Of a DNA stretch of 64,000 bases, positions 32,451 to 43,714 are shown in pieces. The translations under genes were made by a program, and so were the position numbers. The DNA is from an uncultured Hormoscilla sp. GTDB taxonomy: Bacteria > Cyanobacteriota > Cyanobacteriia > Cyanobacteriales > Desertifilaceae. Position 1 is the first letter of the stretch, and every line of letters starts with the position of its first letter. Where the stretch lies: the NCBI GenBank assembly GCA_963921275.4, contig OZ001293.3, forward strand, positions 736,001 to 800,000, read 5' to 3'. The notes beneath the pieces were generated by a model that saw only the letters and a program-made list of their open reading frames with translations, had not been told where the DNA came from and did no database searches.

Positions 32451-33740
32451 ATGAGAATTTTATTTCTACATCCCAATTTTCCGGCCCAGTTTCGTCATCT
32501 AGCTACCTCCTTTGGTAGCGACCCTAAAAATCAGGTAGTATTTGCCACCAAAAACGAACGCCCAGAATGGGTGATACCGGAAGTACAAAAGGTTGTCTAT
32601 ACCCCCAGTCGGGAAGCGCGTCCAGAAACCCATCATTATGTCCGGACCCTAGAAAATGCCGTATTGCAAGGACAAGCAGTATTTCGCATCGCCGAAAAAC
32701 TCAAATCAATGGGATTTTTCCCGGATATAGTTTACGGACATTCCGGTTGGGGGCCGACCCTGTTTATGAAAGACGCCTTTCCTAAGACAAAACTAATGTG
32801 TTTCTTTGAATGGTTCTATCATTCCCGGGGTTCTGACGCCGACTTTGACCCAGCGGACCCCCTGACAGTAGACGATCTATGTCGCATCCGGTTAAAGAAT
32901 GCCCCCATTTTGCAAGATTTGTACGCCTGCGACTGGGGACTGTCTCCCACCGAGTGGCAAAAATCGCAGTTTCCGCCAGAATTCCACGATCGGATTTCCG
33001 TAATTCATGATGGGGTAGATACAGATTACTTTCAGCCCGTACCCGATGCCAAACTGGTGTTACCAGAGTTAGATTTATCCGGAGTTGACGAGATTGTCAC
33101 CTACGTGTCCCGGGGGATGGAACCCTATAGAGGCTTTCCCCAGTTTATCGAATCCTTGGCTTATCTCCTGGAACGTAGAGCCAATTGTCATGTCGTAGCT
33201 GTCGGTTCTGAACGAGTATGTTATGGCAAATCCCTGCCCGATGGCAAGAGCTATAAAGCATACATGCAAGAAAAAGTCAAGCTAGATTGGTCGCGAGTGC
33301 ATTTTGTCGGTTCCTTACCCTATGGCCTTTACTTAAAAGTAATTCAAGCATCTTCTGCCCATATTTATTTAACTCGACCCTTTGTCTTATCCTGGTCCAT
33401 GATTGAGTCCATGTCAGTGGGATGTGCGATCGTGGCCTCGGACACACCACCGGTGCGGGAGGTAATCCGGGATGGGGAAAATGGCTTACTGGTAGACTTC
33501 TTTTCTCCCAAGCAGATAGCTGATAGAGTAGGTGAGGTGCTGGATCATCCCACCCGCATGGCCGACTTACGCGCTCGGGCCCGGGAGACAGTATTAGAGC
33601 GATATGCTCTGGCGAAGTTGTTACCGCGACATCTACAACTGGTACGGGATGTGGCCAATGGTCAGGTATCGCCATCGGTGAAGTACAAGCCACCAGCAAA
33701 AGGGAAGAAGAAGCAGAACAAGGGTTTTGCCCTGAAATAA
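32451..33740 (+). CDS. GT4-family glycosyltransferase
   Basis: 'FLHPNFPAQFRHLA', 'GHSGWG', 'RGMEPYRGFPQF', 'PFVLSWSMIE'. Confidence 0.9.
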   Translation: MRILFLHPNFPAQFRHLATSFGSDPKNQVVFATKNERPEWVIPEVQKVVYTPSREARPETHHYVRTLENAVLQGQAVFRIAEKLKSMGFFPDIVYGHSGWGPTLFMKDAFPKTKLMCFFEWFYHSRGSDADFDPADPLTVDDLCRIRLKNAPILQDLYACDWGLSPTEWQKSQFPPEFHDRISVIHDGVDTDYFQPVPDAKLVLPELDLSGVDEIVTYVSRGMEPYRGFPQFIESLAYLLERRANCHVVAVGSERVCYGKSLPDGKSYKAYMQEKVKLDWSRVHFVGSLPYGLYLKVIQASSAHIYLTRPFVLSWSMIESMSVGCAIVASDTPPVREVIRDGENGLLVDFFSPKQIADRVGEVLDHPTRMADLRARARETVLERYALAKLLPRHLQLVRDVANGQVSPSVKYKPPAKGKKKQNKGFALK

Positions 33741-34293
33741 CCACCATGCTAAGTGGTTGTGCAAAATTATTTTTATATTTGTGGCATGGCTTGATCTAAC
33801 CCGGAAATTAGAGCTGAAAGCCTTACCCCATAAGAATTTCATGGATTTAACTTGTCGGAAATTTACGGATTCAAAAAAATATCAATCCGGATGCAAGCCT
33901 ATGTACTTACCAGACGGATGGCCTTTTTTGGTAGCCCGATTCCGAAATCCCTGCACTCAAAGTTGTATACAGCACCTGATTTGGCTTTTTAATTCCGATC
34001 GGGAAATAGTAATTTTCGCTGTGATGATGATATGATAATCTATGTAAAAATCACGTCGGTCAGACCGATCGCAGCCGTTGGGTAGGTATCCCAACCGACC
34101 ACCTGTGTTACTTGACTCTTATGAGATAATATCCTCTGATAGATGTCAAGTGAGACAACAGCGCCAAAACTAGCTGTGTCCCCAGGGGACACAGCCCGGT
34201 CACGCTCCGGTGGCAGAGGTATATAACCTCGGTAGACAGAAAGATGTAATGCGTCGAGCGCAAGAAATTGTAGTAAAGGAGATGGAGTGAACA

Positions 34294-35952
34294 ATGGCAG
34301 AAGTGACTATACTCACATTGGGGGCAGATACTGCTACTTTGATTTCCAGAAGAGATGCCATGGGATTTGATTCCCTCAGAGGGAATGACGGCGACGATAC
34401 CCTAGGTTTTGAAGTTGGCGTCTCGGGATATATCTTTGGCGATGGAGGCAATGACTTTATCACTGGCGCTGTCCTCCCAGGAAACGCGGCCAACATATTT
34501 GGCGGTCAGGGTAACGATACCGTCATGAGTCTTGGTAGCCCCAGCAGGATCCAAGGTGATCGTGGCAATGACAGTCTTGTTGGTAGTGAATCGAACGACA
34601 GCATCCTGGGTGGTCAGGATAGTGACACTATAGAAGGTAATTTGGGCAATGACACCATCTACGGAGGAAACGGCAATGATTTCATAGTTGGGGACGACCC
34701 CTCCTTTGGCATTGGGTTTGGCGATCGGGACATCATCTTGGGAAATCAAGGTGAAGATACTATCTTTGGTAGTGATGGCAGTGACACAATCTATGGCGGT
34801 AAGGAGGACGATCAGATCGATATCTTCACTGAAGACCTGGATCACACCGGAGGCAGCGATGTCATCTTTGGTGACTTGGGGAACGACACGATCGGCCGAG
34901 AAGATAGCGACAATCCTAACAATCCCGAGACAGGAGTTCCTGGCAACGATACTCTGCTAGGGGGCGAAGGAGACGACAGCGTTGTCGGCGGTTACGGCGA
35001 AGACGACCTGTTTGGTGATGAAGGGAATGACACAGTTCGGGGCGGTTTGAGCGGTCGCGACTTCCTCAATGGTGGAGATGGTGACGACTCTCTATTAGGT
35101 GGCGATGAATCATTCCCAACAGACCCGAACTTCATCTTTGGCGATACGATCGAGGGTGGCGAAGGTAATGACACCATGTTGGGCGAAGGTGGAGATGACC
35201 TGCTTGATGGAGGCATTGGCGAAGACATTATTGTAGGCGGTGAGGGCAATGACAGTATTGAAGGTGGCGATGACAACGACTCTCTGTCTGGTGATGATGG
35301 CCGCGACACGGTCATGGGCGGGGATGGGAACGATTTCATTATAGAAGGCAATGGTGATGATCTAGTAGACGGAGGTAATGGCGCTGATGTTGTATTAGGC
35401 GGCAATGGCGATGACAGTATTGGAGGTGGCGATGACGGCGACTTCCTGTCGGGTAACGATGGTGGCGATAGCCTGATCGGTGGTTTGGGCGCGGATACCT
35501 TAAATGGGGGTGTTGGTAGTGACACTTTGAACGGTGGCGAGGTTGGAGCAGTTGCTGCTGATGCTGGGGATCTGTTTGTTTACAGTCTCGTGGACGTGAC
35601 AGAAGTAGATGTCGTGTCGGGGGGTCCTCAAGCTGTTACTCAACAGCAAGCTGACTTTGTCCAATTTTTTGATGTAAACAACGATATCCTTCGCGTCGAA
35701 GATCGCAGCTTTACGATCGCCGAACAAACGGTAATCTATGGTGATGTCTTCAGTGCGGCGAACGCTGATGGTATAGGTACCGCTGATTTAGGACAAATTG
35801 GCGCTGCTCAGGTTGGTAATAATACAGTTATTTACCTGGAGAACGGCGTTTTGGGCAGCGGCTATAACGATGGTGCTGACGTTGCTCTGGCGACATTACT
35901 GGGGGTACAGGCCAATACTGTCGCTCTTAATAACTTCGATCTAAGCAGTTAG
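34294..35952 (+). CDS. RTX (GGxGxD) Ca2+-binding protein, probable T1SS substrate
   Basis: Many GGxGxDxL nonapeptides; acidic; no signal peptide. Confidence 0.9.
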   Translation: MAEVTILTLGADTATLISRRDAMGFDSLRGNDGDDTLGFEVGVSGYIFGDGGNDFITGAVLPGNAANIFGGQGNDTVMSLGSPSRIQGDRGNDSLVGSESNDSILGGQDSDTIEGNLGNDTIYGGNGNDFIVGDDPSFGIGFGDRDIILGNQGEDTIFGSDGSDTIYGGKEDDQIDIFTEDLDHTGGSDVIFGDLGNDTIGREDSDNPNNPETGVPGNDTLLGGEGDDSVVGGYGEDDLFGDEGNDTVRGGLSGRDFLNGGDGDDSLLGGDESFPTDPNFIFGDTIEGGEGNDTMLGEGGDDLLDGGIGEDIIVGGEGNDSIEGGDDNDSLSGDDGRDTVMGGDGNDFIIEGNGDDLVDGGNGADVVLGGNGDDSIGGGDDGDFLSGNDGGDSLIGGLGADTLNGGVGSDTLNGGEVGAVAADAGDLFVYSLVDVTEVDVVSGGPQAVTQQQADFVQFFDVNNDILRVEDRSFTIAEQTVIYGDVFSAANADGIGTADLGQIGAAQVGNNTVIYLENGVLGSGYNDGADVALATLLGVQANTVALNNFDLSS

Positions 35953-35965
35953 TAGATGGTAGGAT

Positions 35966-35989
35966 GCTGCGGGGAAATATTCCCGCAGC
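35966..35989. terminator. Hairpin between convergent genes
   Basis: GCTGCGGG-GAAATATT-CCCGCAGC. Confidence 0.5.
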
Positions 35990-36055
35990 CCAGAAACCCG
36001 GTGGATGGGAAAAACCGGGTTTCTTAATTTACTTAGGTAGCCTCTATCATGAGGA

Positions 36056-36922
36056 CTAACTAGCTGGGAATCGGATTTGTCCGCCAATCAGACTCAAAAA
36101 CCTGTTCCCATAATGCTGAATTTCCAGGAACCCAGCATTAGATGGAGCGGGTTTATAAATTCTAAAGGTCTTCATTATGCCCAGGGTGGCAGCACTTTCC
36201 AGGGGTCCGACAAAACTGGTATCCCGGTCGAGAAAATAGGGTTGCTCTGCCCAATGTGCCATCTGGGCTGCATTCAAGAAATAGCAGCCTGAATGGGGGT
36301 TGAGGGCCCGGCGGAAAATAACTGGACTTCCCATCACCTGACCTTTGAGTTCTGGTTCTTCTTGGACATTCTGAAACGGTGCCGTGACTCTTGGTGCCAA
36401 GTCGCCATCAATGTAGGCTTTGCGGACGAGACCCTGGGGAGAAACTTCGTAGCGGTTGGGTTGCAGGAGATGGCGCGTGCCCGTCATTTTGGTAAACCAA
36501 GCTAGTTTAATAAAGAACCAGGGATCGGATATAATCAAGTCATCTTCTAGAAAGCAGTAATAATCATATTGTCCCAGAGAGTCTCGCAATACCTCCTGAC
36601 AGGAAAATCCCAATAGCATTGGTTCCGCATGAGTGGAGTGATGTTTGTAGAAATGCGCGGGCAAAGGTAACCGCTCTAATAAATGATAACTCCCCGTCGT
36701 ACAGATAACAATATCAATATCATGGGATTGCAGCTGATTTGCTGGCACCGCCACCCGCTGACCAATATCGATCGTACATTGAGATTTGCTAAATACCTGA
36801 TGCAGACTGGCGATCGCCACTGCCAATGCCTGGATGCGGGGTCGGGGATCTTGACGCTGGGAAGCATGCTTTCCCTGTCCCATGGGATTGAAAAAATGGG
36901 CGATCGTGAACAGAATTCGCAT
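36056..36922 (-). CDS. Conserved hypothetical protein of the RTX/T1SS locus (glycosyltransferase-like)
   Basis: Clean 288-aa ORF with an 'FLEDD' acidic motif. Confidence 0.6.
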   Translation of the reverse strand: MRILFTIAHFFNPMGQGKHASQRQDPRPRIQALAVAIASLHQVFSKSQCTIDIGQRVAVPANQLQSHDIDIVICTTGSYHLLERLPLPAHFYKHHSTHAEPMLLGFSCQEVLRDSLGQYDYYCFLEDDLIISDPWFFIKLAWFTKMTGTRHLLQPNRYEVSPQGLVRKAYIDGDLAPRVTAPFQNVQEEPELKGQVMGSPVIFRRALNPHSGCYFLNAAQMAHWAEQPYFLDRDTSFVGPLESAATLGIMKTFRIYKPAPSNAGFLEIQHYGNRFLSLIGGQIRFPAS

Positions 36923-37623
36923 AGATTGTTAATTGTTAATTGCTAATTGTTGATTTGATGGTCAAGATCTGTCACGCATGTGCCGGCACCATATATTCCT
37001 GGCCCTGGCTTTCGGAATTGTCGGACTTGCTACAGCAGCAGAATTTTTGATATACTGACTGTCGGGACCATCTTTACCGGCAGGTGGTGGCTGACTACCG
37101 TGGTTAATGATTCCGGCTAATGCTGTGGTATATTTTACCAGAGATATGGCCAACGATAGCCTCTGTGTCCCCGATTGTGAACCCAGAGAGGCCAAGTTGC
37201 TCAACCTAACCCAAAAAATCGGAGGTTGGCTTTGTCGGAATTCGGGCTGCGGTACCTGGAGCTAGCTCCAGGTACCGCCCAGATGTTGTAGAATATCAGA
37301 GACCGGACTATGAGTTCGTCTGTCAAGGAGACAGAGGACTGCCAGAGAGCGCTGTAAGGCTGGGTAACCTGAAGAAATTTTATAGATGACCGCTGACCAG
37401 GACCGTAAGCGCGAGAGATCGCCAATCCCCACACCAGTGACAGCTTTTGCTCAATGTTACAGTGGAAATTAATTTGAGGCCATAGGCTGAGGCCCCATGA
37501 AGTCACAGCTAGTGACTGGTGATACCATTGGGAAAAAGTAGGCGAGTCGCTCGGGGAAATAAGGCGAGTTCGACAAGATAAAATAGAAAATCCAAAATGA
37601 TTTGGCTGCAAGCGCTGGAAAAA

Positions 37624-38418
37624 ATGGTGGAAATTCTGGAAATTGGCAATAAGGTAGTAAAAAGTGATGAAATCATATCCCTATTAACTCGTTATCAGTT
37701 AATGCCGCAAGTGGTGCGGGGTCTGCTGATCGACCAGGCGATCGCGGAGGTGACCTGTACTGAACAAGAAAGGTCTCAGGCGATCGCCGCAGTGGAAGCT
37801 CATCTGAAAATAACTGACCCCCAGGCAAAAGCGGCTTGGCTAGAAAGTCAAGGTCTGACATCTTCAGAACTGGAGGCGATCGCGGTGCGGTCTCTGCTGC
37901 TAGACAAATTTAAGCAAGCGAACTGGGGCAAAAAAGTGGAATCATATTTCCTGACCCGCAAAACGAACCTGGATCAGGTAGTATATTCTCTGATCAGGAC
38001 GAAGGATGTGGGTCTGGCCCAAGAAATATTCTTCCGGATCCAAGAAGAAGAACAGTCCTTTGCGGAATTGGCACGAGAACATTCTCAGGGACCGGAAGCC
38101 CATACGAGGGGTCTATTAGGTCCGGTGCCCATATCTCAGCCCCATCCGACATTGGGAAAAATCTTGTCGGTCTCTCAACCAGGTCAACTATGGCCGCCTC
38201 GGAACTTGGGGGAATGGTTTGTGATTGTCAGGTTAGAAAAAACGATCCCAGCTCAACTAGATGACGGCATGCGTCGTCAATTGATGGATGAATTGTTTGA
38301 AAACTGGCTCCGGGAAGAGATCCAAAAGAAAGGCAAGATCGAGAGAAAGGACCAAAAGCCCCAGGCTCAAAGCGATGCTCACGCCCCAATTTACTTGACT
38401 CCTGGTATCGTCGGCTAG
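37624..38418 (+). CDS. PpiC/parvulin-type peptidylprolyl isomerase
   Basis: 'SFAELAREHSQGPEA..RGLLGP'; directly upstream of the T1SS ABC gene. Confidence 0.85.
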   Translation: MVEILEIGNKVVKSDEIISLLTRYQLMPQVVRGLLIDQAIAEVTCTEQERSQAIAAVEAHLKITDPQAKAAWLESQGLTSSELEAIAVRSLLLDKFKQANWGKKVESYFLTRKTNLDQVVYSLIRTKDVGLAQEIFFRIQEEEQSFAELAREHSQGPEAHTRGLLGPVPISQPHPTLGKILSVSQPGQLWPPRNLGEWFVIVRLEKTIPAQLDDGMRRQLMDELFENWLREEIQKKGKIERKDQKPQAQSDAHAPIYLTPGIVG

Positions 38419-38637
38419 TCGAGGAGCAGTTGTATTAGAGGTAGCTAGTGGATAAGCTGAAAAAAAAGTAATAAAAAGGAAATAGAGGGAGAGGGAAATT
38501 GTCGGGTAAAAGAAGATAGATAAAAAAGTGGAAATAATGGCGGGCAGATGCCGGAAAAAGTAGAAGGTAAAAATCTCAAAGCCATTAGTGAGGAGACAGA
38601 AAAACCAGCAGAAAAAACCAGAAGATAGTCAGGAAAA

Positions 38638-41600
38638 ATGACCCAAGCCGTATCCCAGTCACAAATAGAAGGGTTTATCAGAGAAGTTTCTCCCTTCTCA
38701 AAAATCAGCCTCAGTGCCTTGCAACAGGTGATGGGGAAGTTTAAATTGTTGCGCTACAGGATTGGACAACCAATTTTGGTGCGGGAAAAACTACCAGCTT
38801 TTGTGTCGATCGTCTATCAGGGACAGGTGCGCCAGCTGGGATACGACCAGCGGATGCAAATGCCTGCGAGCTTGAAATTGGCAGGACCGGGTGAAATCAT
38901 GGGTTGGGCAGGATTGGTGCGGGACATCGGGTGCGAAACGGCGATCGCATCGACGGAGGTAGTTTGCATTACAATCTCATCAGAGGACTTTTTAGACATG
39001 ATGAGACGCTCACCAGCTTTTGCCGAAGCATTGCAGCAAAGCTGCTCTCTGAGTGAGCTGTTTGAATTGTTGAGCCTGGAGTTGCAGCGCCGGGCCGATG
39101 GCACAGTAAATCTAAAAGAGTTATCGTCTCAGGTGTGGGAGAACAATCCCACAGTGGTGAATTTAGGGCCACCGAAGGTGCAAACAAAAGACCTGCTCTC
39201 GACCCTAGACCCAGAAAGAATTTGGCTCGTCAGTAGTGGCAGCATAGGGAATTTTACCACGGGCAGCAGATTGCCCCTGGAAACCCTGTCTCCAGAAAAC
39301 ATTGAGACCCTGGCGATCGCAGGTTATAGTCGGAGCAAAGGATCGAGATTGTTGGGGTTGCGTCTGCCAGCAGAACTGCCCCGGACGGGCAGTCCTCCGG
39401 TGGCGGCGGAAACTCCGACCCAGACAAATGGCACTCTGGTCTTGGCTCAAAAAGCAAGCGCTATTAGCACTACCCAGGAGGCAGGAACAGCAGAAATTAG
39501 CTCCTTGGAGGAGATTCCCTATGGGCCCGATCGCCCTCCAGAACTGGAACAAGACCCCCTAGCGCCAGCACCGAAATTTCCCTTCGTGAGGGGAAGCGGA
39601 CCGATAAATGCCCCCCTAGCTTGCTTCCACATGTTGAGTAAGCACACCGGAGCCAAGTTTCGCCGGGACATCCTGGAGAAAATTTTAAAGGACCAGCTCA
39701 ACAGAACTGGACAAATATCCATGCAAGCCTGCGGGGCGATCGCGGAAATGATGGGTATGCGAGCGCAACTAGTAGAAGTGCCTGCCAGTTCAGTTAACCG
39801 CTTGAAAGCACCAGCACTGATTCAGTGGCAAGACAGCTTTGCCATTCTTTACCAGATTACGGAAAAAAATATGGTAATAGCGGTGCCGCAAAGGGGGCTG
39901 ATTAAAAAGCGTGCTGGTGATTTTGCCGAAATATGGGGGGATAAAGGTCAGGTACTGCTGATCCAACCTCCTCCTGGCGAACAAAGAGAAAAGTTCGGTT
40001 TCCGCTGGTTTATCCCCGCTGTCCAAAAATATCGCGGCATCCTCACCCAAGTCTTCATCGCCTCTTTCTTCGTGCAGCTGTTTAGCCTTGCTAATCCCCT
40101 GATTACCCAGGTGATTATTGATAAGGTTTTAGTACAGCGGTCTCCCGATACCCTGGACGTGCTGGGGGCATTGTTACTAGGGGTGGCCATATTTGAAGGG
40201 CTGCTGACCTGGTTGCGAACTTACCTGTTTGTAGACACGACTAACCGCATTGACCTGGGTCTGGGTGCGGAAGTTATCTCTCACTTGCTACGCTTGCCTC
40301 TAAATTACTTCGATCGCCGTCGGGTTGGGGAACTGGCGGGTCGGATTAACGAATTGGAAAATATCCGCAAGTTTCTCACAGGTACGGCACTGACGGTGGT
40401 CCTGGATGCGGTCTTTTCTGTAGTTTACATCGCGGTGATGTTTTACTATAGCTGGCTGCTGAGTATCTGGGCTCTGGCAGTAGTACCCATGTTAGGCTTG
40501 TTAACCCTGTTAGTATCACCCATAGTACGGCGCCAGTTACGCCATAAGGCAGAGCGATATGCTGACGTGCAGAGCTACCTGGTGGAAGTGCTAGGGGGGA
40601 TCCAGACGGTTAAAGCCCAGAATATAGAACTGAAATCCCGCTGGCAATGGCAAGAGCGCTACGCTAAATATATCAGTGCGGGTTTTAAGTCGGTGCTGAC
40701 TTTCAGCACGGCAGGTGCCTTGAGCGGTTTCTTGAACAAGGTGTCGGGACTGGCAATCCTCTGGGTGGGTGCGGGTCTGGTGCTATCGACAGCCTCATCG
40801 GATAATCCCTTTACCCTAGGTAAGCTGATTGCCTTCCGGATTATTGCTGGCTATGTTACTAGCCCCCTGCTGCGCTTGATTCAACTCTGGCAGAACTTCC
40901 AGGAAACGGCTCTGTCGATAGAACGACTTAGCGATATCTTAGATGCAGCCCCAGAAGCAGATGAGATTAATCGCCAGAATATCCCCATGCCAGATGTTCA
41001 AGGTGGGGTGACCTATGAAGAGGTCTCTTTCCGGTTTAACACTAGCGGTCCTCTGCAACTGACTAATGTGAATTTGGATTTTCCCGTTGGCAGCTTTGTG
41101 GGCATAGTCGGTCAGAGTGGGTCTGGTAAGAGTACGCTGATGAAGCTGTTGCAGCGCCTCTACGAACCTACTTCGGGTCGGATTAAAATCGATGGCTATG
41201 ATATTAGCAAGGTGGAACTTTACTCTCTGCGCCGTCAGATAGGGGTGGTACTGCAAGATACTTTGCTATTTAATGGCACGGTGCAGGATAATATTTCCCT
41301 GACTAAACCCGAAGCTACTACTGATGAAATAATTGAGACGGCAAAAATAGCAGTGGCTCACGATTTCATTATGGAACTTCCCCAGGGTTACAATACGGTG
41401 GTGGGAGAACGGGGCTCATCTCTGTCAGGGGGACAGCGACAACGGATCGCGATCGCGCGCACGGTCTTGCAGAAACCGAAGCTGCTGATTTTGGATGAAG
41501 CAACTGGCGCTCTGGATTACGATTCCGAGCGACAAGTATGCAATAACTTGGCATCAGCATTTACAGGGGAAACGGTGTTTTTTATCACTCACCGCCTGTC

Positions 41601-41733
41601 TACAGTAAAAAATGCCGATATAATCATCATGATGGATAAGGGTTCTCTCGCAGAAATGGGTACTCATGATGAACTGATGGCGTCTAAAGGGCGTTACTAT
41701 TGCCTCTTTCAACAACAAGAGTCGCAACTGTAA
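38638..41733 (+). CDS. hlyB: Type I secretion ABC transporter (cNMP-like + C39-like + TMD + NBD)
   Basis: GQSGSGKS, LSGGQRQR, ILDEAT; six-TM region. Confidence 0.92.
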   Translation: MTQAVSQSQIEGFIREVSPFSKISLSALQQVMGKFKLLRYRIGQPILVREKLPAFVSIVYQGQVRQLGYDQRMQMPASLKLAGPGEIMGWAGLVRDIGCETAIASTEVVCITISSEDFLDMMRRSPAFAEALQQSCSLSELFELLSLELQRRADGTVNLKELSSQVWENNPTVVNLGPPKVQTKDLLSTLDPERIWLVSSGSIGNFTTGSRLPLETLSPENIETLAIAGYSRSKGSRLLGLRLPAELPRTGSPPVAAETPTQTNGTLVLAQKASAISTTQEAGTAEISSLEEIPYGPDRPPELEQDPLAPAPKFPFVRGSGPINAPLACFHMLSKHTGAKFRRDILEKILKDQLNRTGQISMQACGAIAEMMGMRAQLVEVPASSVNRLKAPALIQWQDSFAILYQITEKNMVIAVPQRGLIKKRAGDFAEIWGDKGQVLLIQPPPGEQREKFGFRWFIPAVQKYRGILTQVFIASFFVQLFSLANPLITQVIIDKVLVQRSPDTLDVLGALLLGVAIFEGLLTWLRTYLFVDTTNRIDLGLGAEVISHLLRLPLNYFDRRRVGELAGRINELENIRKFLTGTALTVVLDAVFSVVYIAVMFYYSWLLSIWALAVVPMLGLLTLLVSPIVRRQLRHKAERYADVQSYLVEVLGGIQTVKAQNIELKSRWQWQERYAKYISAGFKSVLTFSTAGALSGFLNKVSGLAILWVGAGLVLSTASSDNPFTLGKLIAFRIIAGYVTSPLLRLIQLWQNFQETALSIERLSDILDAAPEADEINRQNIPMPDVQGGVTYEEVSFRFNTSGPLQLTNVNLDFPVGSFVGIVGQSGSGKSTLMKLLQRLYEPTSGRIKIDGYDISKVELYSLRRQIGVVLQDTLLFNGTVQDNISLTKPEATTDEIIETAKIAVAHDFIMELPQGYNTVVGERGSSLSGGQRQRIAIARTVLQKPKLLILDEATGALDYDSERQVCNNLASAFTGETVFFITHRLSTVKNADIIIMMDKGSLAEMGTHDELMASKGRYYCLFQQQESQL

Positions 41734-41822
41734 AGTGGAAATATCAAAGAGAAAATGGAGCAATTGTTAATGGTTATTGACCGTTAGCAATTCACCATTT
41801 CCCACGAACAACTGAGGGACAA

Positions 41823-43343
41823 ATGAAAGCAGAGAACATAGAAGTAAAAAAAAGAGATAAGGAAATCTTTGTCGAACAACCGGTAATCCTAGAACGGCAA
41901 ATTATCTGGTCGCAAGTTTTGGTATGGCTGCTGCTGGGGGTGACGAGCTTTGCTATAGTCTGGGCAGCAGTAGCAAAAATTGATGAAGCTGTGCCAGCTA
42001 TAGGGAAATTGGAACCGGAAGGTTCTGTAAATGAAGTGAAGGCCCCAACGACAGGTGTAGTGGAGGCAGTTTATGTAGAAGATGGAGAATATGTCAAAGA
42101 AGGGGACCTATTAGTTACCTTTGAAGAAGACGCCCCAGAAGCAGATATAGAGTCCCTAACCAAGTTGCGGGAGACTTTGCTAGAGGAAAGCAAGTTTTAC
42201 AAGGATCAGGTGCATGGGGGGACTCAGGGCGGTCCTTCAGAATTGGTAGCGCTGGTGCGGCTGAAAAATGCGTTGCAAGATGAAAATGTATTTCTGACAG
42301 CGGAGATTGGCGGGTACGACCCGGAAGCGGAAATCAGCGGGGAGTTCAATGCCAACCAAAGACGGTTACTGAGAGCTAGTCGGGATGAATATCGCAGTAG
42401 AGTGGAAGCTGCGAGATTGCAGGTTAGAGAGCTAGAAAAACAACTTTCCCAGACAGAAGACCGCTTAGCAGCAACCAAGGAAAGGTTGAAAAAATCTCAA
42501 CAGACTCTCGCCCTCAATCAAGCAACTCTGAAAAGACTAGAACCGCTGGTGGAGGAAGGCGCGGTGGCGCAGTTGCAATACGACCAACAAAAACAAGCGG
42601 TGTTGGTTCGGGAAGATGAGGTGTTGTCCCGTGAAGGGGAGATTCAGCAGCTAATTATGGAAATTCAGCGCCTGAAAGTGGCAATTTCTCAGGCGAAAGA
42701 ACAGATGCAAAATACGAGGGATATCTCGGCGAAAGATGTTCTAACTCGTATTGCCGAAAACCAGAAACGAATTGCCGAAATTGATACCCAATTGAGTCGG
42801 GCAAAGCTGGAAAATCAGAAGCGATTGACGGAAATAGAAGGGGAGCTAGTTAAGGCCAGACAAGCTCTGCGATACAGAGAAGTGCGATCGCCTAAAGATG
42901 GCGTGGTATTCGATCTGCAAGTTGGTCCTCAATCTGTAGCCCAGGCGACAGATATAATCGTGAAGATCGTGCCGAATGACGAATTGTTGGCAAAGGTATA
43001 TCTCCAGAATAAAGATGTCGGGTTTGTGAAGGAAGGGATGGAGGTAGAAGTAGACGTGTCGTCCTTTCCGCCCTCGGAATTTGGCACTATTCCTGGGAAA
43101 TTGATCTGGGTGGGTTCGGATGCGTTAGAACCAACGCAAATTCGCCCCTACTATGCGTTTCCGGCGAAGATAGAGCTGTCAAGACAGCACTTTAATGTGG
43201 GAGAACCTCCTCATCAAAAGCAGCTGCGACTGCAATCGGGAATGGAGGTGAATACGAGGATTAAGGTGCGCAAACGCACGGTGATGAATCTCTTGTTCGA
43301 TAAGTTTGACACTAAGGTCCGCAGTCTGGAAACGGTTCGTTAG
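41823..43343 (+). CDS. hlyD: HlyD-family membrane fusion protein
   Basis: N-terminal TM, lipoyl-like halves, long coiled coil. Confidence 0.92.
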   Translation: MKAENIEVKKRDKEIFVEQPVILERQIIWSQVLVWLLLGVTSFAIVWAAVAKIDEAVPAIGKLEPEGSVNEVKAPTTGVVEAVYVEDGEYVKEGDLLVTFEEDAPEADIESLTKLRETLLEESKFYKDQVHGGTQGGPSELVALVRLKNALQDENVFLTAEIGGYDPEAEISGEFNANQRRLLRASRDEYRSRVEAARLQVRELEKQLSQTEDRLAATKERLKKSQQTLALNQATLKRLEPLVEEGAVAQLQYDQQKQAVLVREDEVLSREGEIQQLIMEIQRLKVAISQAKEQMQNTRDISAKDVLTRIAENQKRIAEIDTQLSRAKLENQKRLTEIEGELVKARQALRYREVRSPKDGVVFDLQVGPQSVAQATDIIVKIVPNDELLAKVYLQNKDVGFVKEGMEVEVDVSSFPPSEFGTIPGKLIWVGSDALEPTQIRPYYAFPAKIELSRQHFNVGEPPHQKQLRLQSGMEVNTRIKVRKRTVMNLLFDKFDTKVRSLETVR

Positions 43344-43425
43344 GGAATGGAGAATTGAGAATTGAAAATTGGGAATTGGAAATGATTAGACTCGGCGCGG
43401 GCTACGATCTTGTCAGCCGAAATGG

Positions 43426-43612
43426 TCATTGCGAGGGGGAGTTATGGTCGCAATTGTTATGATACCAGCCAGTAGGACCCCCGAAGCAGTCTCCTACTCT
43501 TCTACCGACGGCGTAGAGATTGCTAGCCCGACGGCGTAGGGCCGCTGCGCTAACGGGGTGAAGTTACTCTGAAAGCACAAGAATATCTCAACTATCCCCC
43601 CCCTCCCAATGA
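43426..43612. repeat. REP-like palindromic element (GTCATTGCGAG...CAATGAC family)
   Basis: Inverted ends; related pieces at ~24290-24497 and ~58400-58560. Confidence 0.55.
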
Positions 43613-43714
43613 CATATTGGCTATCCCAAAAAGAGCAGTTTATGACCGTTCAGAGTATAGCAATGAGGAGAGGTGAAATGTTTCACCCCTACCTCAGCAC
43701 TTCGGATAAGCAAG

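Noticed and set aside
34402..35525. Pro/Ser-rich minus-strand ORFs
   Set aside because: They are shadows of the GGxGxD-coding strand.
36962..37611. ORFs between the divergent genes
   Set aside because: No motifs; probably intergenic or regulatory, and I could not support an RNA structure by eye.
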